Positions 56,438-64,000 of a DNA stretch of 64,000 bases are shown piece by piece. How positions within the stretch are numbered: the first letter of the stretch is position 1; every line of letters starts with the position of its first letter. A program made the translations under genes and the position numbers. The notes below the pieces were generated by a model, which was not told the DNA's origin, did not search any database, and saw only the letters and a program-made list of their open reading frames with translations. This DNA is from Mycobacteriales bacterium (lineage in GTDB: Bacteria; Actinomycetota; Actinomycetes; Mycobacteriales; JBJMIH01). The stretch is taken from contig JBJMIH010000081.1 in the NCBI GenBank assembly GCA_045806985.1, positions 7,669-71,668 on the forward strand. Direction: 5' to 3'.

Positions 56438-57076
56438 GTGGTGGCCGAGCGGCGGAAGGTGGGCAACCTGATGGCGCTGGCCGTCCTGTCCGCCGTGGCC
56501 ACGCAGCCGATGCACCCGTACGAGATGGCCGCCGTGATCCGCGAGCGCGGCAAGGACCGCGACATGAACATCAAGTGGGGGTCGCTCTACACGGTGGTGC
56601 GGAACCTGGAGAAGCACGGGTTCCTGCGGGCCGTCCAGAGCGAGCGGCGGGGCGGACGTCCGGAGCGGACGGTGTACGCGATCACCGACGAGGGCCGGGC
56701 CGAGATGGTGGACTGGGTGCGCGAGCTGGTCGGCGTCGCGGAGCCGGACGCGCCGCGGTTCACCGCCGGGCTGTCGCTGCTGGTCGTGCTGCCCCCGGAC
56801 GAGGCGGCCGAGCTGCTCAGGCGGCGGCTGCGCGCGCTGGACGAGCGGATCGCCCGGGCCCGGCGGGAGCTGGCGGACGTCGCCGCCGAGATCCCCCGGC
56901 TGTTCCTCGTCGAGGCCGAGTACAGCCTCGCCATACTGACCGCCGAGGCGGACTGGGTACGCGACCTGCTGCGCGAGATCACCGACGGCTCGCTGCCCGA
57001 CCTGCGCTCGCCCGTGATCCGCACTGGGCCACGGTCGGCCGGCTCGGCGGCGGGCTGCTCGCGCTGGCCGCGCTGA
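56438..57076 (+). CDS. PadR family regulator with an aberrant C-terminal tail
   Basis: PMHPYE, GSLYTVV, RPERTVYAITDEG, RLFLVEAEY. Confidence 0.88.
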   Translation: MVAERRKVGNLMALAVLSAVATQPMHPYEMAAVIRERGKDRDMNIKWGSLYTVVRNLEKHGFLRAVQSERRGGRPERTVYAITDEGRAEMVDWVRELVGVAEPDAPRFTAGLSLLVVLPPDEAAELLRRRLRALDERIARARRELADVAAEIPRLFLVEAEYSLAILTAEADWVRDLLREITDGSLPDLRSPVIRTGPRSAGSAAGCSRWPR

Positions 57077-57126
57077 TGGTGTGGCTGTCCACCCGCAGTT
57101 TCCGGAGTTACCAGCGCTCGATCTAG
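57004..57126 (+). pseudogene. 3' remnant of an ABC-2 type permease
   Basis: Alternate frame reads ALARDPHWATVGRLGGGLLALAALMVWLSTRSFRSYQRSI-stop, resembling the last TM and tail of DrrB-like permeases. Confidence 0.6.
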
Positions 57127-57161
57127 AGTGCTGGTAGGGCGGCCGGGGGGAGGGCACGGGG

Positions 57162-58211
57162 ATGGCGGTGCTGCGGGTACGGGGGTATGCCCTGCCGGAC
57201 GGTGAGCCGGTCGATCTCTACGCGGAGGGCGACCGCTGGACCACCGATCCGGTGGCCGGCGCGGAACTGGCCGGCGAGGGCTGGCTGGTACCCGGCCTGG
57301 TCGACGCGCACACCCATCCCGGCGCCAAGGAACCGGGCGACCCGCTGGACGAGACCCTGCTGCGCGAGGACCTGCGCGAGCACGTCGCCACCGGCGTGAC
57401 GCTGATCCGCTCCCCCGGCCTGGCCGGCGACCCGCCGGACTGGTTCGGCGAGGACGACGACGTGCCCAGGGCGGTCCACGCGGGGCTGTGGATCGCCCGG
57501 CACGGGCACTTCTTCGACGGCTGGGGCCGCCGCGCCGACCTCGCCGACCTGCCCGCGGTCGCCGCCGGCCAGGCCGCCAGGACCGGCTGGGCCAAGGTGT
57601 TCGCGGACTGGCAGCCCGGCGACGACCCGCTGCCGGCGGACGTGCTGCGCGCGGTGGTGGAGGCGGTGCACGGGGTCGGCGGCCGGGTCGCCGTGCACTC
57701 CCAGCACGCGGAGGGCGGCGCGGCGGCGGTGGCGGCCGGCGTCGACTCCCTCGAGCACGGGATGGGCCTCGACCCGGACCTGCTGCCCGAGATGGCCGCG
57801 CGGGGTACCGCGCTGACCCCGACGCTGACGGTGATCACCGAGGGCCTGGCGCGGTACCGGAAGCGACCGGACAGCCCGCGCAAGGACTGGTACGTCGGCG
57901 GCGCCTCCCGGCACGGCGCGCTGGTCGCGGCCGCCCGCGAGGCTGACGTGACCGTGCTGGCCGGCACCGATTCGCACCCGGTGGCGCGGATCGCCGACGA
58001 GGTGCGGGCGCTGGCCGCCGCCGGCCTGCCCGCGCACGACGCGCTCGCCGCCGCGTCCTGGACGGCGCGGTCGTACCTGGGCATGGCCGGACTGGTCGAG
58101 GGCGCGCCGGCCGACGCGGTGGTCTACGACGTGGACCCGCGTACCGACCTGCGCCAGCTCGACGCGCCGGCCGCGGTCGTCCTGCGCGGCCGCCTCGCGT
58201 ACCACCGGTAG
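57162..58211 (+). CDS. Amidohydrolase family protein
   Basis: PGLVDAHTH, AVH, LEHG, AGTD, GAPAD. Confidence 0.9.
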   Translation: MAVLRVRGYALPDGEPVDLYAEGDRWTTDPVAGAELAGEGWLVPGLVDAHTHPGAKEPGDPLDETLLREDLREHVATGVTLIRSPGLAGDPPDWFGEDDDVPRAVHAGLWIARHGHFFDGWGRRADLADLPAVAAGQAARTGWAKVFADWQPGDDPLPADVLRAVVEAVHGVGGRVAVHSQHAEGGAAAVAAGVDSLEHGMGLDPDLLPEMAARGTALTPTLTVITEGLARYRKRPDSPRKDWYVGGASRHGALVAAAREADVTVLAGTDSHPVARIADEVRALAAAGLPAHDALAAASWTARSYLGMAGLVEGAPADAVVYDVDPRTDLRQLDAPAAVVLRGRLAYHR

Positions 58212-58369
58212 CCGCCGCGGCCGGCAACGCCGGCTTGCGGGCGCCGTACCTTGCCGGGGCAGGGTTTACTGGCAGTGACGGCCGTACTCGCCGCCAGCCT
58301 TACCAGCAACACCGCGATCTCCGCCGCGCTGGCCGATGCCGGCCGGTGAAACCACCCGAAAGGACCAGC

Positions 58370-58657
58370 ATGCCCTCCTCGTCCGCCACCGTCACGACCG
58401 ACCGCGCCGCGCGCTACATCAAGCAGCTCGTCTCCCATCTCGGCCACCGCGCCAGCACCGAACTCGCCGACGACGGCACCGGTACGGTCACTGTCGGTAA
58501 CGGCCACTGCACGATGACCCCGACCGAGCACAGCCTCAACCTGGCGGCCACCGCCGACGACGAGGAGACCCTGGCGCGGATCCAGGACGTGGTCGGCCGG
58601 CACCTGATCCGCTTCGCCCCCCAGGAAGCGGTGGAAGTCACCTGGAAGCAGGACTGA
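58370..58657 (+). CDS. DUF2218-like protein
   Basis: TDRAARYIKQLVSHLGH, VVGRHLIRF. Confidence 0.85.
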   Translation: MPSSSATVTTDRAARYIKQLVSHLGHRASTELADDGTGTVTVGNGHCTMTPTEHSLNLAATADDEETLARIQDVVGRHLIRFAPQEAVEVTWKQD

Positions 58658-58720
58658 CGCAGCGACGGTGACGCCGTGACCGGCCTCCTAGCACGGCGTG
58701 TACCGACAAACTTTTTTGTC

Positions 58721-58742
58721 TTGACAACCCGAACCTTCGGGT
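58721..58742 (+). promoter_or_regulatory. -35 element with an inverted repeat in the spacer
   Basis: TTGACA followed by ACCCGAA-CC-TTCGGGT. Confidence 0.5.
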
Positions 58743-58791
58743 GGAAGGGTCGTCGGTAGCTGAGAGCTGACATCGAAACCGAGGAGTCATC

Positions 58792-59346
58792 ATGCGCAAG
58801 ATCGTCGCCGGCGTCTTCCTGTCGCTGGACGGGGTCATGGAGTCGCCGGAGAAGTGGCACTTCCCGTACTTCAACGACGAGATGGGGGCCGTCGTCGGCG
58901 GCCAGATGGCGGAGTCCGACGCGATGCTGCTGGGCCGGGTGACCTGGCAGGAGTTCGCCGGCTTCTGGCCGCAGCAGCCGGCCGACGAGGAGCCGGCCCC
59001 GTTCATGAACGGCGTCCGGAAGTACGTCGTCTCCACCACTCTCGACTCGGTGGACGCGTGGCAGAACTCGACGCTGATCCGGGGCGACCTCGCCACCGAG
59101 ATCCGCAAGCTGAAGGATCAGCCTGGCGGGACCATCGGGGTCACCGGCAGCGGCACGCTCATCCAGTCGCTGCTGCGGGAGAACCTGCTGGACGAGCTGA
59201 GCCTGCTGGTCCACCCGCTCACCGTGGGCGAGGGCAAGCGGCTGTTCACCGGCGCCACCGGGCAGCGCCCGCTCGAACTGGTCGACTCGACCACGTTCAG
59301 CACCGGCGTGCTGCACCTCGTGTACCGGCCGGCGGCGTCGGAATGA
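58792..59346 (+). CDS. Dihydrofolate reductase-like (RibD C-terminal family) protein
   Basis: SLDGV, LLGRVTW, KYVVS, GSGTL, LLDEL, GEGKRLF. Confidence 0.9.
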   Translation: MRKIVAGVFLSLDGVMESPEKWHFPYFNDEMGAVVGGQMAESDAMLLGRVTWQEFAGFWPQQPADEEPAPFMNGVRKYVVSTTLDSVDAWQNSTLIRGDLATEIRKLKDQPGGTIGVTGSGTLIQSLLRENLLDELSLLVHPLTVGEGKRLFTGATGQRPLELVDSTTFSTGVLHLVYRPAASE

Positions 59347-59378
59347 GCCGGCGCTTCCGCGCGTGCCGGTCCCCGGGC

Positions 59379-59512
59379 TAGTCTCGAGGCCGGCACGCAG
59401 GAAGCCTCCGGTCCGCGGGAAGGGCGCAGCCCACCTGCCGTCACCTCCAGGGATGGACCCGTCCTCCTTTCGGCCTGACACGCGGACATCAGGCGGACGA
59501 AAGGAGGCCGCC
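59379..59512 (+). promoter_or_regulatory. Promoter and structured 5' leader that sequesters the RBS of the ankyrin gene
   Basis: TAGTCT -10 at 59379; CCTCCTTTCG (59463-59472) pairs with CGAAAGGAGG (59498-59507); inner stem GCCTGA/TCAGGC. Confidence 0.6.
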
Positions 59513-61009
59513 GTGCCGGCCCTGTCTCTTCCCGACCGCCCCGACCTCGACCACCTGCGCCAGCAGGCCCGCGCGTTGCAGCGCGCCGCCCGGAACGGCG
59601 ACGCCGACGCGCTACGGCGGGTGGCCGCCGCCGGTTTCGCCGGACCGCCGGACCCCGCCTTCCCGCTGAGCCGGGCCCAGCTCGTGCTGGCCCGCGAGTA
59701 CGGCTTCGCCAGCTGGCCGCGGCTGAAGCGGTACGTCGAGGTCGTCACCGAGTACCGCTGGGACGCCACCGATCCCGAGGACACCGGCGACGAGCCGGTC
59801 GCCGACCGGTTCTGCCGGCTGGCCTGCCTCACCTACGCCGAGGACGGCCCCGAGCGCTGGCAGCGGGCCCGCCGGCTGCTCGCCGACCACCCCGACCTGA
59901 CGGCCGGCAGCGTCTGGGCCGCCGCGGCCGCCACCGACGTACCCGCGCTGCGCCGCCACCTGTCCGCCGACCCGCCGCTGGCGCGCCGCCGGGGCGGGCC
60001 GCACGGCTGGCAGCCGCTGTTCTACCTGGCCTACTCCCGGCTCGACCCGGCCGTGCCGCGGGACGCGGTGCTGGCGGCGGCGCGACTGCTGCTGGATGCC
60101 GGCGCCGACCCCGACGAGGGGTACCTGTGGCGGGGACTGCCCACTCCGTTCACGCTGCTGACCGGCTGTTTCGGCGAGGGCGAGCAGGGCAGGACCCGCC
60201 AGCCCCGGCACCCGCACTCGCTCGCGCTGGCCCGCCTGCTGCTGGTGGCCGGCGCCGACCCCAACGACGGGCAGGCCCTGTACAACCGCATGTTCGGCCG
60301 GGACGACGACCACCTCGAGCTGCTGTACGAGTTCGGCCTGGGGACCGGGGCCGGCGGGGTGTGGCGGTCGCGGCTCGGCGACGCGCTGGAGCCGCCGGGC
60401 GAGATGCTGCGCGGCCAGCTCGGCTGGGCGATCGACCACGGGTACCTGGACCGGGTGCGGCTGCTGGCCCGGCACGGTGTCGACGTCCGCGCGCCGTTCC
60501 CGGACGGCGCCACCCCGGCCGAGCGGGCGCAGCGCAACGGCCACCCGGACGTGGTCGACGCGCTGCTGGCGGCCGGTGCGGCACCGCCCGCGCCGACCCC
60601 GGTGGACGCGCTGGTCGGGGCCGCGCTGCGGGCCGACAGGGCGGCGGTCGACCGGTTGCGGGCCGCCGACCCGGCCGTGCTGGCGGAGGCGCGCCGGCAG
60701 CGGCCCGGCCTCATCGTGTGGGCGGCGGGGAACGGCCGCACCGACGCGGTGGCGCTGCTCGCCGAGCTCGGCTTCGACGTCAACGCGCGCGGGCGCGGCG
60801 ACACCCCGGTCGAGCAGCCGTGGGAGACCGCCCTGCACCACGCCGCCGCCCACGGCCACCTCGAGCTGGCCAGGACCCTGCTGGACCTGGGCGCCGACCC
60901 GAACGCGACGGAGACCCGCTTCGGCGCCAACCCGATCGGCTGGGCCCGGTACTTCGGCCAGACCGCCATGGTCCGCCTGCTCACCGCCGCCGCCCGCACC
61001 CCCGACTGA
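59513..61009 (+). CDS. Ankyrin-repeat protein with an N-terminal LP.RPDLDHLRQQA..AQLVLAREYGFASW domain
   Basis: LLDAGADP, LLVAGADPN, TALHHAA..G, LGADPN; AAAGGAGG RBS. Confidence 0.88.
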   Translation: MPALSLPDRPDLDHLRQQARALQRAARNGDADALRRVAAAGFAGPPDPAFPLSRAQLVLAREYGFASWPRLKRYVEVVTEYRWDATDPEDTGDEPVADRFCRLACLTYAEDGPERWQRARRLLADHPDLTAGSVWAAAAATDVPALRRHLSADPPLARRRGGPHGWQPLFYLAYSRLDPAVPRDAVLAAARLLLDAGADPDEGYLWRGLPTPFTLLTGCFGEGEQGRTRQPRHPHSLALARLLLVAGADPNDGQALYNRMFGRDDDHLELLYEFGLGTGAGGVWRSRLGDALEPPGEMLRGQLGWAIDHGYLDRVRLLARHGVDVRAPFPDGATPAERAQRNGHPDVVDALLAAGAAPPAPTPVDALVGAALRADRAAVDRLRAADPAVLAEARRQRPGLIVWAAGNGRTDAVALLAELGFDVNARGRGDTPVEQPWETALHHAAAHGHLELARTLLDLGADPNATETRFGANPIGWARYFGQTAMVRLLTAAARTPD

Positions 61010-61031
61010 CCACTACGGGACACTGGGAGCG

Positions 61032-61697
61032 ATGGAGACCGCCGCGCCGTACGACGATCCCGACTCGTATCCGGGGTCGCCGCCGGTCGGGTCGTTCACG
61101 CTGGGCAGCGGGGCGGCGCGGGGTGCGCGGTTCCCGGTGCTGGCGGTCGGCTCCAACGCCTCGCCGTCGCAGCTGATCGCGAAGTTCGGCCCGGACCCGA
61201 GGCCGGCGCTGCCGGTGCTCGCGGCCCGGGTGCGGGGGCTGGCTCGCGGGTTCTCGGCGCACGTGGCGCGGTACGGGTCCGTTCCGGCGACGGCGCGGGC
61301 CGCGCCCGACCCGGACGCGGTGCTGGACGTGCACGTCACGCTGCTCGATGCGGGGCAGCTCGCGGTGATGGGCCGGACCGAGCCGAACCACCGGCTCGCG
61401 CTGCTCCAGCATCCCGACGGCGACTGGCTGCTGGAGCTGGAGACCGGCGAGCGGTCGGCCCGCTGCCTGCTGTACCGCAGCCGGCACGGCGTGCTCGACC
61501 TGCCGCCCTACGCCGACCTGCCGCCGCAGCGCGAGGTGCGCCGCTGGCTCGCCACCCACCTCGGCATTGGGTCCGATGTGGACACCTTCCGGGCGCTGGG
61601 CCGGCGGCTCGGCCGCGACGGCGCGCCGTCGGTCGGCCTCACCTCGCTGGCGCCCGTCCCGGTGGTCCCGGACGGCCTCGAGCGGTACCTGCTCTGA
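61032..61697 (+). CDS. Hypothetical protein, possibly gamma-glutamylcyclotransferase-like
   Basis: VLAVGSNASP motif and QLAVMGRTEP; 22 nt after the ankyrin gene. Confidence 0.55.
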   Translation: METAAPYDDPDSYPGSPPVGSFTLGSGAARGARFPVLAVGSNASPSQLIAKFGPDPRPALPVLAARVRGLARGFSAHVARYGSVPATARAAPDPDAVLDVHVTLLDAGQLAVMGRTEPNHRLALLQHPDGDWLLELETGERSARCLLYRSRHGVLDLPPYADLPPQREVRRWLATHLGIGSDVDTFRALGRRLGRDGAPSVGLTSLAPVPVVPDGLERYLL

Positions 61698-61748
61698 CAC
61701 GCTCCGCAGCCAGCGCACAGATGTCTAGACCTTTTCTGTTCGTCCCTA

Positions 61749-61805
61749 TTGACCGATTTCTGCCGTTACTGCTAGTTTTCCGATTCGTTAGTTGAGCTTC
61801 CTAAC
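61749..61805 (+). promoter_or_regulatory. Promoter with a downstream inverted repeat
   Basis: TTGACC-N18-TAGTTT; GTTAG-N9-CTAAC at 61787-61805. Confidence 0.5.
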
Positions 61806-61821
61806 TTTCTCTGGAGGCACA

Positions 61822-62343
61822 GTGATCAGACGAATCGCCACGGTCTGTGCTGGCGGCGTCGCGGCCGTCGCCGTGGTCGCCGTCACCCAGTTCCACGCCC
61901 AGGCGGCCGCCCCGCACGCGGCGAAGACCTACAACATGTACGTGACGCTGTACGGCGCGCTCGACAACGACCCGCCCGGCAGCGCGGACATCGCCTACCC
62001 GACCCTCCACGACGAGGCGGGCGGCACCGGCACGTACAGCGACCCCATCACGTTCGCCACCGACAAGTCCGAGCTCAAGCCCGGCACCAAGGTCTATTAC
62101 TCGTACCTGAAGAAGTACTTCATCATGGAGGACGACTGCGCCGAGTGCGACTCGGACTGGGGCCACAAGTACCGCCACATCGACCTGTGGGCCGGCAACA
62201 GCAACGACTCGCGCATCCTGGCGTGTGAGGACTCGCTCACCCAGGACGGCCAGGTGCCGGTCATCGTCAACCCGGCCTCCAACCTGACGGTGAGCAAAAC
62301 ACCGATTTTCGACCCCAAGACCAAGAAGTGCTACAAGCCCTGA
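61822..62343 (+). CDS. Secreted protein with a 3D/double-psi-barrel-like domain
   Basis: Signal peptide; TLYG..DNDPPGS, DPITFA, EDDCAEC, HIDLW; GGAGG RBS. Confidence 0.7.
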   Translation: MIRRIATVCAGGVAAVAVVAVTQFHAQAAAPHAAKTYNMYVTLYGALDNDPPGSADIAYPTLHDEAGGTGTYSDPITFATDKSELKPGTKVYYSYLKKYFIMEDDCAECDSDWGHKYRHIDLWAGNSNDSRILACEDSLTQDGQVPVIVNPASNLTVSKTPIFDPKTKKCYKP

Positions 62344-62379
62344 CGTACCCGGATAAATCATCAAGTGGTGAACCACCCG

Positions 62380-62416
62380 CGCCCGCCCAGCGTGTTTCTC
62401 CATCGTTGGGCGGGCG
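62380..62416 (+). terminator. Stem-loop after the secreted-protein gene
   Basis: CGCCCGCCCAGCG / CGTTGGGCGGGCG. Confidence 0.55.
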
Positions 62417-62548
62417 TGTCCACCGCAGGGCACCCTGACACGTGACGCGAGTTCTCGCGGCCACCCCGTCCTCGGGAGATGGTCGTGCCGGCTGCCTCGG
62501 CCGGCCATGGGGATCGGATCTGTTCCCTGAGTCGAGGAGGACTCTGTC

Positions 62549-63955
62549 GTGTCAAGCAAACTGGTGGCGGCCGCCTGCCTGGCCTTCGCCACCACCGCTG
62601 GTCTCGCGGTTGTGACCAGCGGCATCGCATCCGGCTCCACCTTCACCGACCGCGGCGACATCAAACACCTGCCGCAGCCGCTGAAGGACCGCCTGGCCGA
62701 GCTGAACGACCGGCCGCACACGTTCGAACCGATGACCGCGTTCTCGGAGGCGCCCACGCCGAGCCAGCTCGTCCAGTACTCGCTGCTCGACACCAAGCAT
62801 TTCCAGCCGAACGTGTTCACCACCACGATTCCCGGCATCAACGACGGGGTGGCCCCGTCCGCGACCGGCCCGAACGGCGACAAGCCCACGATCGGCGCGC
62901 TCCGGGTCGTCCTGGAGCCCAAGCCCGGGCTGCCGATCGACCCGAACGACCCCGGCTCCTTCATCGACATGTTCACCGACATCTCCGGGCTGTTCGTCAT
63001 CAACAACGAGTCCGGCTGGTACGAGAGCTGGATGATCCACGACGTCACCGTCCCGCAGGTGGCGGCGCCGCGTAAGGACGGGCACGCGACCTTCGGCACG
63101 CTCACCGCGGCCGACGCCAGGGAACTGGCCAAGGCGGGCGACCACCACAACAAGCCCGGCGAGATCTTCACCGTGGACGGCAAGGCCGTGAAGTTCCCGT
63201 CGGCGAACGACCACTTCCCGGACAAGGTGTCCAACACCGTCCCGCTCCAGCTCTCGCTGGGCGCGTACAACGCCACCCAGCAGAGCGACCTGCACTCGTA
63301 CTGGGAGTTCAACGAGTACACCGACTGGGCCCCGCCCACCTACGAACTCCCGTTCACCGGGGGCTTCCCCGGTACCTTCGAGGCCGGCAAGGTCGGCGCC
63401 CGCTCCTCGGTCGTCCCCGGCTCCGGCCCGTCCGGCGTCACCAACGACCCGCGCGCCAAGGGTGACGACCCGAACAACCCCCGCGACCCCGACCGGCTGC
63501 AGAACACCAGCCCGGACGACCCCGACCGGGGCATGGTGAACAACGACGAGCACAAGGAGAAGCGGCTCCGCTTCGTCCCGACCGGCCTGGCCAACGAGGT
63601 GCTGCTGGACGCCTACCTGCGGGTGGCGTCGTTCGAGCCGAACGTGTACTCGCTCAACCAGCGCATCTTCGACGCCTACGCCGCCGAGGTGGCGCGGGTC
63701 GACACCAACCACGACGGCATCACCGACGTGACCGAGGTGGACCTCGAGGACGAGTCCGACGGCGGCCAGTCCAACGACCGGCTGTACCTGCCGGTGACCG
63801 CCTTCAACCGGATCGCCGTGTCCCGCGAGATCAACGACGGCCAGCTCTCACCGCGCTTCGCCCCGAGCCAGCGCGCCTGGGTGCTGAGCGGCAACATCGT
63901 GCGGGTGAACCCGTCCGTCGACGCCTCCGTCCCGCAGGACGCCGACAACCGCTGA
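62549..63955 (+). CDS. Secreted acidic hypothetical protein with an EF-hand-like loop
   Basis: GAGGAGG RBS, signal peptide, strong codon bias, DTNHDGITDVTE. Confidence 0.8.
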   Translation: MSSKLVAAACLAFATTAGLAVVTSGIASGSTFTDRGDIKHLPQPLKDRLAELNDRPHTFEPMTAFSEAPTPSQLVQYSLLDTKHFQPNVFTTTIPGINDGVAPSATGPNGDKPTIGALRVVLEPKPGLPIDPNDPGSFIDMFTDISGLFVINNESGWYESWMIHDVTVPQVAAPRKDGHATFGTLTAADARELAKAGDHHNKPGEIFTVDGKAVKFPSANDHFPDKVSNTVPLQLSLGAYNATQQSDLHSYWEFNEYTDWAPPTYELPFTGGFPGTFEAGKVGARSSVVPGSGPSGVTNDPRAKGDDPNNPRDPDRLQNTSPDDPDRGMVNNDEHKEKRLRFVPTGLANEVLLDAYLRVASFEPNVYSLNQRIFDAYAAEVARVDTNHDGITDVTEVDLEDESDGGQSNDRLYLPVTAFNRIAVSREINDGQLSPRFAPSQRAWVLSGNIVRVNPSVDASVPQDADNR

Positions 63956-63969
63956 GCAACCCCTGAACC

Positions 63970-64000
63970 GTGCCACTCCCCCCCACCCGGGGAGTGGCAC
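63970..64000 (+). terminator. Terminator hairpin
   Basis: GTGCCACTCCCC / GGGGAGTGGCAC perfect 12-bp stem. Confidence 0.7.

Noticed and set aside
58250-58310. IdeR/DmdR iron box upstream of the DUF2218-like gene
   Set aside because: Only partial half-site similarity (AGCCTTACC); too weak to call

Overview
High-GC actinomycete chromosomal DNA (Micromonosporaceae-like by gene content; inference) with about 55 protein-coding genes. I recognised no rRNA, tRNA, CRISPR or transposase. Most long ORFs in the supplied track are antisense or off-frame shadows of real genes. From left to right: (1) a minus-strand MotA/TolQ/ExbB-like gene, an ExbD/MotB-like gene with two Ig-like domains and a membrane Ser/Thr kinase; (2) a plant-cell-wall degradation region (GH3, carboxylesterase, two SGNH-CBM2, PL4, CBM2-GH5, GH54, GH62, later GH28) with CebR-type and other palindromic operators; (3) inside it, a class III lanthipeptide cluster (lanKC, a 39-aa precursor missing from the ORF track, MFS exporter, alpha/beta-hydrolase lipoprotein) behind 11-bp-phased repeats; (4) proteases, two SARP/NB-ARC/TPR regulators, a lower-GC XRE-ImmA/IrrE + PIN module, a two-component system with a MacAB-like ABC operon, and an ECF sigma/anti-sigma pair; (5) an MFS gene in frame with a 5-codon upstream ORF across a UGA, a PadR gene abutting an ABC-2 permease remnant, and an ankyrin gene whose RBS is buried in a leader hairpin. 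The best candidates for undescribed biology are the ion-motor/Ig/kinase operon, the lanthipeptide cluster, the in-frame MSWRH-UGA MFS leader and the ankyrin leader RNA. All calls come from reading motifs by eye; no database searches were run.
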